From: Candidatus Berkelbacteria bacterium
GTDB lineage: Bacteria > Patescibacteriota > UBA1384 > UBA12157
Length of the DNA stretch: 64,000 nucleotides
Direction: 5' to 3'
Assembly: GCA_037127955.1 (NCBI GenBank)
Contig: JBAXXI010000003.1
Location: 7,771-71,770 of the forward strand
A program made the translations under genes and the position numbers. The first letter of the stretch is position 1; every line of letters begins with the position of its first letter. Positions 19,285-29,401 of the stretch are shown in pieces. The notes under the pieces are model-generated. The model saw only the letters and a program-made list of their open reading frames with translations. It did no database searches and was not told the DNA's origin.

Positions 19285-19647
19285 ATGCAACTTGAAATGT
19301 ACCTTTTGATCGGACTAATCGTCGTCTTCCTCATTGTTTGTGGCTACTTTTTGTTAAAATGGGTCACTTTACTTGATTTTCAAAAAGTTTTATCAGAAAA
19401 CTCCAACGATGGCCGAGCCTACCAGATCATTAAATGTTATGGTTTTATTAGCACTTTTTTGCTCTACCCGGGCATCATGAAAGAAGCTAAACAGATTCTT
19501 GAACGTCAAAATCGAACGCGTTTGATTTACAAATTCAACCGCATCTCAAAAATCAAAACCAAAAAGCCAATTGATGTCTACACTGACGACCCACAAATCA
19601 ACCAGATTGTCGATCAAAAACTCGATATACCTGAAGATTTACACTAA
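19285..19647 (+). CDS. hypothetical membrane-anchored protein (120 aa)
   Basis: GGGGGAAA SD. N-terminal TM helix. Confidence 0.55.
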   Translation: MQLEMYLLIGLIVVFLIVCGYFLLKWVTLLDFQKVLSENSNDGRAYQIIKCYGFISTFLLYPGIMKEAKQILERQNRTRLIYKFNRISKIKTKKPIDVYTDDPQINQIVDQKLDIPEDLH

Positions 19648-19653
19648 TTTTCT

Positions 19654-19679
19654 AACCGCTGTTTATTCAGCGGTTTTTT
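19654..19679 (+). terminator. intrinsic terminator AACCGCTG-TTTATT-CAGCGGTT + T6
   Basis: Hairpin with a U-tract immediately after the stop. Confidence 0.75.
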
Positions 19680-19702
19680 AATTTTCTAAATCCCCTGCCT
19701 TC

Positions 19703-19731
19703 TTGACATTTCTCCTTAAATGACGTATAAT
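19703..19731 (+). promoter_or_regulatory. consensus sigma-70 promoter TTGACA-17-TATAAT
   Basis: Both hexamers are exact consensus. Confidence 0.6.
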
Positions 19732-19769
19732 CTTCAAGAAGTTATAAACTTCAAAAAAAGGAGGCGCAC

Positions 19770-20405
19770 ATGAATAATACCATCGAAAAAAGACCAAATC
19801 TTGAAGATTTGAACCTACTCAAGCAGCATGCGGATTTCTTTAACGAAATTGTCGCTCAACACGGTTTTACTCAAGACGATCGACTCAGGGCAATCGAAGC
19901 GGAAATCGTAGCTTTACCTTTAGGTGAAGAAAACGACGAAAAACTCTCGGACCTAATGAGCGAATACCAGGATTTTGCCGCGCAACTTTGCACAAATGAA
20001 AAAATCAATCGTGGTCGGCTTTTCTCCGAATTAGCTATCTCGGCTAAACGCGGTGACTTACAAATGTTTGATGAACAATTCAACGAACTAATGTATGACC
20101 GCCGCAATTTCGAAGATCTAACTGACGAGCAATTTGGAAAAACCGATATGATTTTCGAAGAAATTAAAGCCTTAATTCAAGAAATTATTGAACACAATAA
20201 ATCTCTTGAAATCGTGACGAATGCAACTGAACCAACCAACTGGGAATTAGCTCAGGCCCTGACCGGCGTCCTATCAATAACTGATTGTGCCGAACTGGCT
20301 AATATGGAATTCGATGACGCACTCGGCTACGCCATTACCCTTCTTTACGAAGCCGGCGTATCAGACCCGGAAACCTTGCTTAAAAACAAGGGAATCCTTA
20401 AGTAA
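19770..20405 (+). CDS. hypothetical acidic soluble protein (211 aa)
   Basis: AAAGGAGG SD. No recognisable domain. Confidence 0.55.
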   Translation: MNNTIEKRPNLEDLNLLKQHADFFNEIVAQHGFTQDDRLRAIEAEIVALPLGEENDEKLSDLMSEYQDFAAQLCTNEKINRGRLFSELAISAKRGDLQMFDEQFNELMYDRRNFEDLTDEQFGKTDMIFEEIKALIQEIIEHNKSLEIVTNATEPTNWELAQALTGVLSITDCAELANMEFDDALGYAITLLYEAGVSDPETLLKNKGILK

Positions 20406-20412
20406 TCCCCCT

Positions 20413-20438
20413 GCACCACCCTTAATCGGGTGGTTTTT
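20413..20438 (+). terminator. intrinsic terminator CACCACCC-TTAATC-GGGTGGTT + T5
   Basis: Hairpin with a U-tract. Confidence 0.75.
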
Positions 20439-20463
20439 AATTACGAAAATCAGCCTACACCCC

Positions 20464-20492
20464 TTGACAACTAACCAGTTTCGTAGTATACT
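20464..20492 (+). promoter_or_regulatory. sigma-70 promoter TTGACA-17-TATACT
   Basis: Exact -35 hexamer, 17-nt spacer, and a -10 hexamer matching consensus at 5 of 6 positions. Confidence 0.6.
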
Positions 20493-20530
20493 ACAGAGTA
20501 CCAAAATTCGGTACAAAGGGGAGGAAAAAA

Positions 20531-20895
20531 TGCACCTAAAATTAGATAGAGCCGATCTCAAAGAAGAAGAGATTGATCGATCGTTAAGTACAGTTAAGTT
20601 TGAACATCTAAATGAGCGTGCGCAAATGGCCGTAATAGCGGCTGGTTCCGCCATGATTGAAAGCGGCAATCTATACGAAATAATCTACGCACCAAAATTA
20701 AGATTCGCTTGTAAAGACAAAATATTTGAGGTAGAAACAACACTGAGTATTAACACTATTGCCATGGTTGAATTACCGGATGGAACAACATTACTAATAA
20801 CAAGAAATACAGAAAATCCATTTGCAATCAATCATATATCTCAAGTAATGGTTGAAAAATCTACATCATTTCTGAAAGCTAAAATAGTTACCTAA
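20531..20895 (+). CDS. hypothetical protein (121 aa)
   Basis: GGGGAGGAAAAA precedes the ATG at 20531. The ORF-track ORF starts further upstream at 20287, within the previous gene. Confidence 0.5.
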
Positions 20896-20898
20896 CAC

Positions 20899-20923
20899 AC
20901 CACCCCGGTTTTCCGGGGTTTTT
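20899..20923 (+). terminator. intrinsic terminator CCCCGG-TTTT-CCGGGG + T5
   Basis: GC hairpin with a U-tract. Confidence 0.75.
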
Positions 20924-21013
20924 AAATACTAAACAACACACTTCCATTTTCCCTCTTTTTCAGGTAAGATGGCATTGTAATACTAAATATAAATTATCAA
21001 ATAAAGGAAATAT

Positions 21014-22069
21014 ATGAGCTTGAAAATCGGAATTGTTGGACTGCCAAATGTCGGCAAATCAACCTTATTTAATGCTTTGGTCAAAGGTTCGCACGCTGAA
21101 AGCGCAAACTACCCTTTTTGTACCATTGAACCAAATATCGGGATTGTCGAAGTACCTGACGAAAGATTAGCCAAATTGGCCAAAATCGAAAAAAGCGTCA
21201 AAATTGTACCAGCCGTCGTCGAGTTTGTCGATATTGCTGGTTTAGTCAAAGGTGCCAGCAAAGGCGAGGGTTTAGGTAACAAGTTTTTAGCCGCCATTCG
21301 CGAGTGCGACGCCATCGCTCAAGTCGTACGGTTTTTTGAAGATGAAAATATCACCCATGTCGCTAACAAAGTTAGTCCAACCGATGATATTTATACTATT
21401 GAAACCGAGCTTCAGCTGGCCGATATTGCCACTGTTGAAAAACGTTTGGAATCAGCCAAAAAAGAACTTAAAACTAATAAAGAAATGGCCGATTTAATTT
21501 CTGCTTTAGAAAAAATCAAAACCTTGCTTTACGCTGGCCAAAACGCTCGCGAAGCTAGCTTAAATGAAAAAGAAACCAAACAAGTCAAACTTTTAGAACT
21601 CATGACCATGAAACCAGTTTTGTATATTGCCAACTGTTCCGAGGATCAACTTAAGAGTTTTAATGACGATAAATTTATCCCAATTTCGGCTAAAATCGAG
21701 TCAGAATTAAACGAACTCGATGATGCTGAAAAGAAGGAATATTTAGCCGAACTTGGTCTTGAAACTTCGGGACTCGAAAAGCTCATCAAAGAAGCTTATA
21801 AAACTTTAGGGCTGATTTCCTACCTCACCGCCGGTGTTCAAGAAACCAGGGCCTGGACCATTCACGAAGGCTGGACCGCGCCACAAGCCGCCGGGGTTAT
21901 CCATGGTGATTTTGAACGCGGTTTTATTGCCGCCGAAACCATTAAATACACTGATTTTGTAGCCAATAATGGTTGGGCTGGTTGCCGACCGAAAGGCTTG
22001 GTTAAAACCCAAGGTAAAGAATATGTGATGCATGATGGCGATATTGTTCTTTTCAGGTTTAACGTTTAA
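21014..22069 (+). CDS. ychF: ribosome-binding ATPase YchF (Obg-family GTPase)
   Basis: G1 motif GIVGLPNVGKST, NKxD-like region and a TGS C-terminal domain. Confidence 0.9.
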   Translation: MSLKIGIVGLPNVGKSTLFNALVKGSHAESANYPFCTIEPNIGIVEVPDERLAKLAKIEKSVKIVPAVVEFVDIAGLVKGASKGEGLGNKFLAAIRECDAIAQVVRFFEDENITHVANKVSPTDDIYTIETELQLADIATVEKRLESAKKELKTNKEMADLISALEKIKTLLYAGQNAREASLNEKETKQVKLLELMTMKPVLYIANCSEDQLKSFNDDKFIPISAKIESELNELDDAEKKEYLAELGLETSGLEKLIKEAYKTLGLISYLTAGVQETRAWTIHEGWTAPQAAGVIHGDFERGFIAAETIKYTDFVANNGWAGCRPKGLVKTQGKEYVMHDGDIVLFRFNV

Positions 22070-22079
22070 ACAAATACTC

Positions 22080-22108
22080 TTGTCAAAAAAATAAATATAT
22101 GGTATATT
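22080..22108 (+). promoter_or_regulatory. sigma-70-like promoter TTGTCA-17-TATATT
   Basis: Upstream of rpsF, followed by a leader of about 100 nt. Confidence 0.45.
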
Positions 22109-22218
22109 ACGAATGCACAAGAAATATTAAATGCTTTTACCTTTTTGTCGATAATTAAAAGACAAAAATCCATTGATTGTCTGTGCCAATCAGTTAAAAG
22201 CGAGGCAAAGGAAAACGT

Positions 22219-22881
22219 ATGAAAACTTACGAAATTACTTTTATTACTCGAGAAGAGCCTAAAGAATCGTCTGTCAAAAAAGACATTGAAAATCTTAACG
22301 GACGAATTTTAAGCATCTCAAACATGGGACAAAAAACTTTTGTCTACCCGATCGAAAAAGAAAAGAGCGGTTTTTACACCACTTATATTTTCGAAATGGA
22401 ACCAGAAAAACTTCAGGACTTTAGTCGCAAACTCGGCCTCGGCGAGGAAATTTTGCGTCACTTAATTGTGAGCTTAAGCCCATCTGAAGTCTTGGCTAAA
22501 TTCCCTGTTGACGGTAAAGTGGCTGAAATAGCACTTACCCCAGAAACCGAATTAATGGTTGAACCAGAAATGGCGCTTGAAATTGAACCAGAAAAAACCA
22601 TTGAAGAAGTTAAAATCGAAGAACCAGTAGTTGAAGAAACTATTGTTGAAGAAAAAGTAGAAGAACCAAAGAAAGAAGCCAAAAAGACTGTTAAAAAAGT
22701 TGAAAAGGCCGAAGTCAAAGAAACCAAAGTTAGAGAAGAAGTTAAAACTGAAAAACCAAAAAAAGCTGAAAAAGAAAAAATCGAAAAACCAGCTAAAAAA
22801 GAGGTTGAAACTGAAGTTGAAGAAGAGGAAGAACGTTTAGAAGCTTTGGACAAAAAATTAGAAGAATTATTAAAAGATTAA
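22219..22881 (+). CDS. rpsF: 30S ribosomal protein S6 with about 110-aa Glu/Lys/Val-rich C-terminal extension
   Basis: The N-terminal part MKTYEITFITRE...GQKTFVYPIEK matches S6. The tail is repetitive (EEPVVEETIVEEKVEEPKKEAKK...). Confidence 0.85.
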   Translation: MKTYEITFITREEPKESSVKKDIENLNGRILSISNMGQKTFVYPIEKEKSGFYTTYIFEMEPEKLQDFSRKLGLGEEILRHLIVSLSPSEVLAKFPVDGKVAEIALTPETELMVEPEMALEIEPEKTIEEVKIEEPVVEETIVEEKVEEPKKEAKKTVKKVEKAEVKETKVREEVKTEKPKKAEKEKIEKPAKKEVETEVEEEEERLEALDKKLEELLKD

Positions 22882-22913
22882 TTGATTGAATTTTAATCAT
22901 ATATGGAGGTCCC

Positions 22914-23390
22914 ATGTTTAGTCTTAACCGCGCGCAAATCATTGGTAATTTAACTCGCGACCCTGAGATGCGATACACTCCGAACGGTCAAGCAGTAGCA
23001 AGTTTTGCTATCGCCACCAATCGTCGTTGGAAAGATAAAGATGGTAATAATCAAGAACAAACCGAGTTTCACGATGTCGTAGCTTGGGGTAAATTAGCCG
23101 AAATCATGACCCAAATCCTTCATAAAGGTAATAAAGTTTATGTTGAAGGCCGACTCCAAACCAGACAATGGGAAGCTCAAGATGGTGCCAAAAGAAATAA
23201 AACCGAAGTCGTGATTGAAGATTTTGTGGCTTTGTCACCTAAAGGCGAATTTGTCCCAGGTAGCGCTCACGAAGAACCAGATTTTTCCGCCGCACCAACC
23301 GAAGACGATAAACCAGCCGCCAAAAAACCTGTTGCTAAAAAAGAAGTGGCAGATGAAGAAGAAATAAATTTAGACGAAATACCGTTTTAA
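22914..23390 (+). CDS. ssb: single-stranded DNA-binding protein
   Basis: LNRAQIIGNLTRDPEMRYTPNG, an OB fold, and the acidic C-terminal tip DEIPF. Confidence 0.9.
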   Translation: MFSLNRAQIIGNLTRDPEMRYTPNGQAVASFAIATNRRWKDKDGNNQEQTEFHDVVAWGKLAEIMTQILHKGNKVYVEGRLQTRQWEAQDGAKRNKTEVVIEDFVALSPKGEFVPGSAHEEPDFSAAPTEDDKPAAKKPVAKKEVADEEEINLDEIPF

Positions 23391-23419
23391 TAAATCGTTA
23401 ATCGTCGCAAAGGAATATT

Positions 23420-23641
23420 ATGAGAAAACAAACTTATACAAAACGACAATGCATTTTTTGCAAAAAGAAAATTGATTTTATTGATTACAAAGACGCCAGT
23501 TCTTTGAATCGTTTTTTAAGTCCATGGGCTAAACTCAAATCAGCTCATGACACTGGTAACTGCGCTAAACACCAACGCAGATTGGCCGAAGCTATCAAAC
23601 GCGCTCGTTTCTTAGCTCTTTTACCATACGTAAAGCGATAG
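23420..23641 (+). CDS. rpsR: 30S ribosomal protein S18
   Basis: CIFCKKKIDFIDYKD...RFLS consensus of S18. Confidence 0.9.
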   Translation: MRKQTYTKRQCIFCKKKIDFIDYKDASSLNRFLSPWAKLKSAHDTGNCAKHQRRLAEAIKRARFLALLPYVKR

Positions 23642-23774
23642 AGAGCAAAGCTCTCGCGGAATTTCAGTATTCCGAAATAAAGACTTTTAGTCTTATAGCA
23701 GTATAGACTTATAGTATTATTTACTACAAGTCTAGAAGTCTACAGATCTATAAGTCTATTCCAAAGGATTAGCA

Positions 23775-24332
23775 ATGCTAACTATTAGTGATTTGAAAAT
23801 TGGAACCAGAGTTCTGTTCAACGACAATCCTTGTATTGTGGTTTACTCAGAACACTCAAAACAAGGCCGTGCCGGAGCCGTGCTTCGTTGTAAGCTCAAA
23901 AACTTACTCAACGGCGCTACCGTTGAACACACTTTTGCTGGTGCGGAAAAATTGGAAGAAGCTGATTTGCAAACCAAAAAAGCTCAATTCCTCTACCGCG
24001 AAGGCAATCAATTTTTCTTTATGGATTCAGAATCATTCGAACAATTTGAGCTCAATAAAACTCAAATTGGTGAATCGGCTGATTTCTTAAAAGACGGTGA
24101 AGAGGTTGATCTACTCTATTTCAACGGCAACCCGATCAATATTCAATTACCGATCAAAATGACATTTAAAATTACCTATACCGAACCTGGTTTTAAGGGT
24201 AATACCGCTACTAACGTGTTAAAACCAGCTACTATCGAAACCGGCGCTGAGGTTAAAGTTCCGATTTTTGTTAAAGAAGGCGACCTGATCGTGGTTGATA
24301 CCAGAAGTGGCTCATACGTCGAAAGAGCATAA
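23775..24332 (+). CDS. efp: elongation factor P
   Basis: 185 aa, with the KPG loop region (SKQGRAGAVLRCKLKN). Confidence 0.9.
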   Translation: MLTISDLKIGTRVLFNDNPCIVVYSEHSKQGRAGAVLRCKLKNLLNGATVEHTFAGAEKLEEADLQTKKAQFLYREGNQFFFMDSESFEQFELNKTQIGESADFLKDGEEVDLLYFNGNPINIQLPIKMTFKITYTEPGFKGNTATNVLKPATIETGAEVKVPIFVKEGDLIVVDTRSGSYVERA

Positions 24333-24428
24333 GATATAAAACTAAATCAATATAGTAAAAAACACTAACTTAAAACATTGGTGTTTTTTTATTCTCTTTC
24401 AAATTAAAATTTATGCTATAATCAGATT

Positions 24429-24935
24429 ATGATTACACAAGCTTCTAAACTCATTCACTTACCTGTTGCGGCCGAAGACGCCTTGAGTAAGGTCGGCATT
24501 ATTAAAGATATTATTGTTGATCCAGAAACTGGTGTACTTTTGGGTTTTTTGGTTATAGTGGGCTTGTTTACGCCAGCCATGGCTCTTTCGGTTCGCGATA
24601 TCAAATTCTGGGACCAAGACGCGATCATTACCGCCTCAGAGGAAAATTTGGTTAACCCGGCAGAAATTATTCGAATTAAACACGTTTTAGATCAAAAAAT
24701 TAATCTGATGAATTTACCAGCTGAAACCGAAAATGGTAAATCACTTGGTTTTGTGGAAGATTTTATAATCGATACCGAAACGGAAAGTGTGACAGCCTAC
24801 CATTTACGTGATCTACTCGGCTCGACCCGCATTATCCCGGCCGATAAAGTCATAAAAATTGACCAAAAAATTATTTTTCAAAATGACGATGAAACTATCA
24901 ACGCCGAAAATATTGGCGAAGTATCTTTAGCTTAA
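24429..24935 (+). CDS. tandem PRC-barrel domain protein
   Basis: Two PRC-barrel-like segments (LIHLPV...GIIKDIIVD; LMNLPAET...GFVEDFIID). Confidence 0.6.
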   Translation: MITQASKLIHLPVAAEDALSKVGIIKDIIVDPETGVLLGFLVIVGLFTPAMALSVRDIKFWDQDAIITASEENLVNPAEIIRIKHVLDQKINLMNLPAETENGKSLGFVEDFIIDTETESVTAYHLRDLLGSTRIIPADKVIKIDQKIIFQNDDETINAENIGEVSLA

Positions 24936-24950
24936 TTTCAAGGAGATATT

Positions 24951-25286
24951 ATGGCTCGATCAGATTTAACTAAAAAAGTCCTGGAAATTGTTTCAAAAAT
25001 TCCCAAAGGCCAACTTATGACCTATCACCAGGTTGCCAAACTCGCCGGTCAACCTAAAGCTTATCGCGCCATTGGCTCAATTTTAAACCGTAACTATCGC
25101 AAAAAAGAATGGCAATTACCCCTTGATAGCGGCGAACCAATACCAGGTCACCGAGTAATCCGATCCGATGGCCATATTGGGAGTTACGCCCTCGGCAAAA
25201 TCGATAAGGTTCAAATCTTAATTTCAGAGGGTCATGTGGTTGAAAATGGCCGCATCAAATTACCTAAATTAATGGAAAACAATTAG
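24951..25286 (+). CDS. alkyltransferase-like (ATL) protein, MGMT DNA-binding domain without catalytic Cys
   Basis: HTH region MTYHQVAKLAGQPKAYRAIG. The PCHR active-site motif is replaced by PGHRV. Confidence 0.7.
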   Translation: MARSDLTKKVLEIVSKIPKGQLMTYHQVAKLAGQPKAYRAIGSILNRNYRKKEWQLPLDSGEPIPGHRVIRSDGHIGSYALGKIDKVQILISEGHVVENGRIKLPKLMENN

Positions 25287-25328
25287 TCCTTCTTTATGTA
25301 AGAATAATTAGGACAAAGAAAGGAAACG

Positions 25329-26300
25329 ATGAACGAAACCGAACAATTTGCGCCAATTCCCTATCAAAAAATTGATTTTAAAGATGGTTCAGTTGAAATC
25401 CCGACCAAACCACTTTGCGATATAGAACAAATACATGCAGCTCAGGAAATCGTCGATCAAAATTACCCGGAACTAGCCTCCATGTTACGTGAAGGCCACC
25501 CTTGGCGGGAAATGAAAAATCTTCATGCCCTACAAACTCAGGAACAAAGCATGGATGTTTTAGTCGAAGAAATCGGTTTCGATCTAAACGACCCTAACGC
25601 ACGCTTAGCTATATTTATTAGCGAAATTCACGATCTCGGAAGAGTTATCGACGGCTTAAAAAACGAAAAATTACCTATTCCTCAAGAATTTGAAGGATTG
25701 GCTCATCACGGTCAATTTTCAGTCAAAATTTTAGAAGAATGGCATGCTTTAGATGGCTTTCCAGCAGAAACTCAAGAAATCATCAAATTTGCCGTTGAAC
25801 ACCATGCCAATAAATCTACCGCTGCCTTGCCAGAAAATGCATCTGATTTACAAAAAACTGAATATGTTTATAATTGTATTTTTCGAGATATAGATAAACT
25901 AACTCTGCTTGTTGGCAAAGGTGAAAAATATCTTTATGACCCAAAAGTCAGATCTGATCAATTTAATATTGTAAAAGGTAAAGTTGGTCAAGACGAAGCT
26001 GGCAATGAAAGATTTTTGGGAGAAAATGGTCAAGTTACACAAGAAGCCATGGACCTCTTTCTTAACAATAAACTCAATGATGTCAATAAACTTTTTACCT
26101 ATGAAACATACATGCTCAATGTTTTAGGTTTCATTTTTGATATAAATTTAGTCGGGGTTTTAAAAAATGTGGCTGAATCAGGGATTGTTGAGAAATTTTT
26201 AAACTACTTTGAGCAAAGACTTTCAACAGATCAATTTCAAGCTATCAACCAAAAAGTCCATTCTTATCTTGAAGAAAGAGGAATTGAATTGTCAGAATAG
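25329..26300 (+). CDS. HD-domain phosphohydrolase-like protein
   Basis: H..D signature (IFISEIHDLGRV) and downstream His clusters. Confidence 0.55.
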   Translation: MNETEQFAPIPYQKIDFKDGSVEIPTKPLCDIEQIHAAQEIVDQNYPELASMLREGHPWREMKNLHALQTQEQSMDVLVEEIGFDLNDPNARLAIFISEIHDLGRVIDGLKNEKLPIPQEFEGLAHHGQFSVKILEEWHALDGFPAETQEIIKFAVEHHANKSTAALPENASDLQKTEYVYNCIFRDIDKLTLLVGKGEKYLYDPKVRSDQFNIVKGKVGQDEAGNERFLGENGQVTQEAMDLFLNNKLNDVNKLFTYETYMLNVLGFIFDINLVGVLKNVAESGIVEKFLNYFEQRLSTDQFQAINQKVHSYLEERGIELSE

Positions 26301-26322
26301 AATATCACTAATTTAAGTATCA

Positions 26323-26358
26323 AAAAAAGCGCCCGAGTAAAACTCTGGGCGCTTTTTT
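26323..26358. terminator. bidirectional terminator GCGCCCGAG-TAAAA-CTCTGGGCGC with A7/T6 flanks
   Basis: Lies between convergent genes. Confidence 0.75.
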
Positions 26359-26359
26359 A

Positions 26360-27097
26360 TTATTTAATATTTTCTATCACCTGATCAGGCAAGGTTTTAG
26401 CTGTTGATTCAATAATGATTTCATCGTGCCTATAAGCATAGAGTGGACCAAAAAACAGCCCAGCCATAAAGTACCAGATTACATCATCGATTGGCACGTT
26501 AAAAATTACTATATCTGGCACATTTTTAAATAAATAAAAGTTATGCACCCAACCAGGCGAAACATATTCAAGAAAAGAATAAACAATCATCGCAAATAAT
26601 AAAATAAATATACCTGTAAAAAGCGAATCAATGATTAAGTCTGAACGCTGAATATACATAATTAAAATCGGAACACCAAAAGCAAAGATAGTTGCGATCA
26701 AACTATTAAACCCTAGAACAAAGAAAACAAGAAAAAATATTCCCGGCAACAACCACATCACCAAATGATGAAATTGATTTCTTTTAATATGTTCTTTTTT
26801 AGATAAATGAATACCTCTTAAATTTTTTCTTAACACTATCTCATATAAAACAGTTGCTACACCACTCAAGGCAAAAGCAAAAAACAATGCCTCTATTACA
26901 CCTATTTGAGTATTTGTTAGATTGGCTGGCCGCCAATAATCTTTATAGTAAGCTATTTCTGAAATAGGACCAGCAAGAACAAATAAAAATGATGTATTTA
27001 ACATTTCCTTGCGAACATCCTTGCGCCAAATAAAAAGAAAAATCCATAACAAAAAGAATAGTGCACCCATCAAAATATAAACATATTTATAATCCAT
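26360..27097 (-). CDS. polytopic membrane protein (245 aa, about 7 TM helices)
   Basis: Hydrophobicity pattern only; no recognisable motif. Confidence 0.5.
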   Translation of the reverse strand: MDYKYVYILMGALFFLLWIFLFIWRKDVRKEMLNTSFLFVLAGPISEIAYYKDYWRPANLTNTQIGVIEALFFAFALSGVATVLYEIVLRKNLRGIHLSKKEHIKRNQFHHLVMWLLPGIFFLVFFVLGFNSLIATIFAFGVPILIMYIQRSDLIIDSLFTGIFILLFAMIVYSFLEYVSPGWVHNFYLFKNVPDIVIFNVPIDDVIWYFMAGLFFGPLYAYRHDEIIIESTAKTLPDQVIENIK

Positions 27098-27170
27098 GTA
27101 CTTATTATATTTGAAAAAAGCGCATTTGTCATACGCTTTTTTCGTTTTGGTTAGAACAATACCTGAATAG

Positions 27171-28799
<1,629 letters not shown>

Positions 28800-28903
28800 T
28801 TAAAGTTCAAAGTTTAAGGTTTAAAGCTGAATGGAATCAAACTATTATTTATAATAATATTTCCACGCACTTTCAACTTTTCACCTTTTACTTTTAACTA
28901 TAA

Positions 28904-29200
28904 TTATTGAATAATCGCGATAATATCTTCTTGTTTTAAAACAATCACTTTTTGACCATCAACTTTTACCTCATCACCAGCATATTCGCGGTAAAGCACA
29001 AAATCATCAACCTTAACCACCATTGGTAATAATTTACCATCTTCAAATTTACCTTCACCCACGACCAGAACCTTACCTTTATGGGATTTTTCTTTAGCCG
29101 TATCTGGAATAATGATACCAGACTTGGTCACAGATTCCTGTTCGAGCGGCAAAATTACCACTCTGTCACTCAATGGTTTGATAATCAATTTAACCTCCAT
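28904..29200 (-). CDS. groS: co-chaperonin GroES
   Basis: IKPLSDRVVILPLEQESVTKSGIIIPDTAKEK. 98 aa. Confidence 0.95.
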   Translation of the reverse strand: MEVKLIIKPLSDRVVILPLEQESVTKSGIIIPDTAKEKSHKGKVLVVGEGKFEDGKLLPMVVKVDDFVLYREYAGDEVKVDGQKVIVLKQEDIIAIIQ

Positions 29201-29354
29201 TTACGTTAAAAAATTGCAAATAAAAAAACAATCCTCACTCCTTTTTAAAGTAAAAATTGTTCAAATTGTTAGGAGAAAAGCTAAGGGGGATAAGCTTTCT
29301 CCTAACAATCTTATTTTAGCAAAACCCACCTGATTGTCAACTATTTCAAGTATC

Positions 29355-29380
29355 AAAAAAGACCCGAGCGGGTCTTTTTT
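29355..29380. terminator. bidirectional terminator AAAAAAGACCCG-AGC-GGGTCTTTTTT
   Basis: Palindromic hairpin with A/T flanks. One of a family of three similar terminators in this window. Confidence 0.7.
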
Positions 29381-29401
29381 GCTTAACTTATCTAAACTAT
29401 T

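Noticed and set aside
22458-22853. 131-aa Ser-rich ORF antisense to the rpsF tail
   Set aside because: It is an artefact of the repetitive GAA/AAA-rich sequence on the opposite strand.
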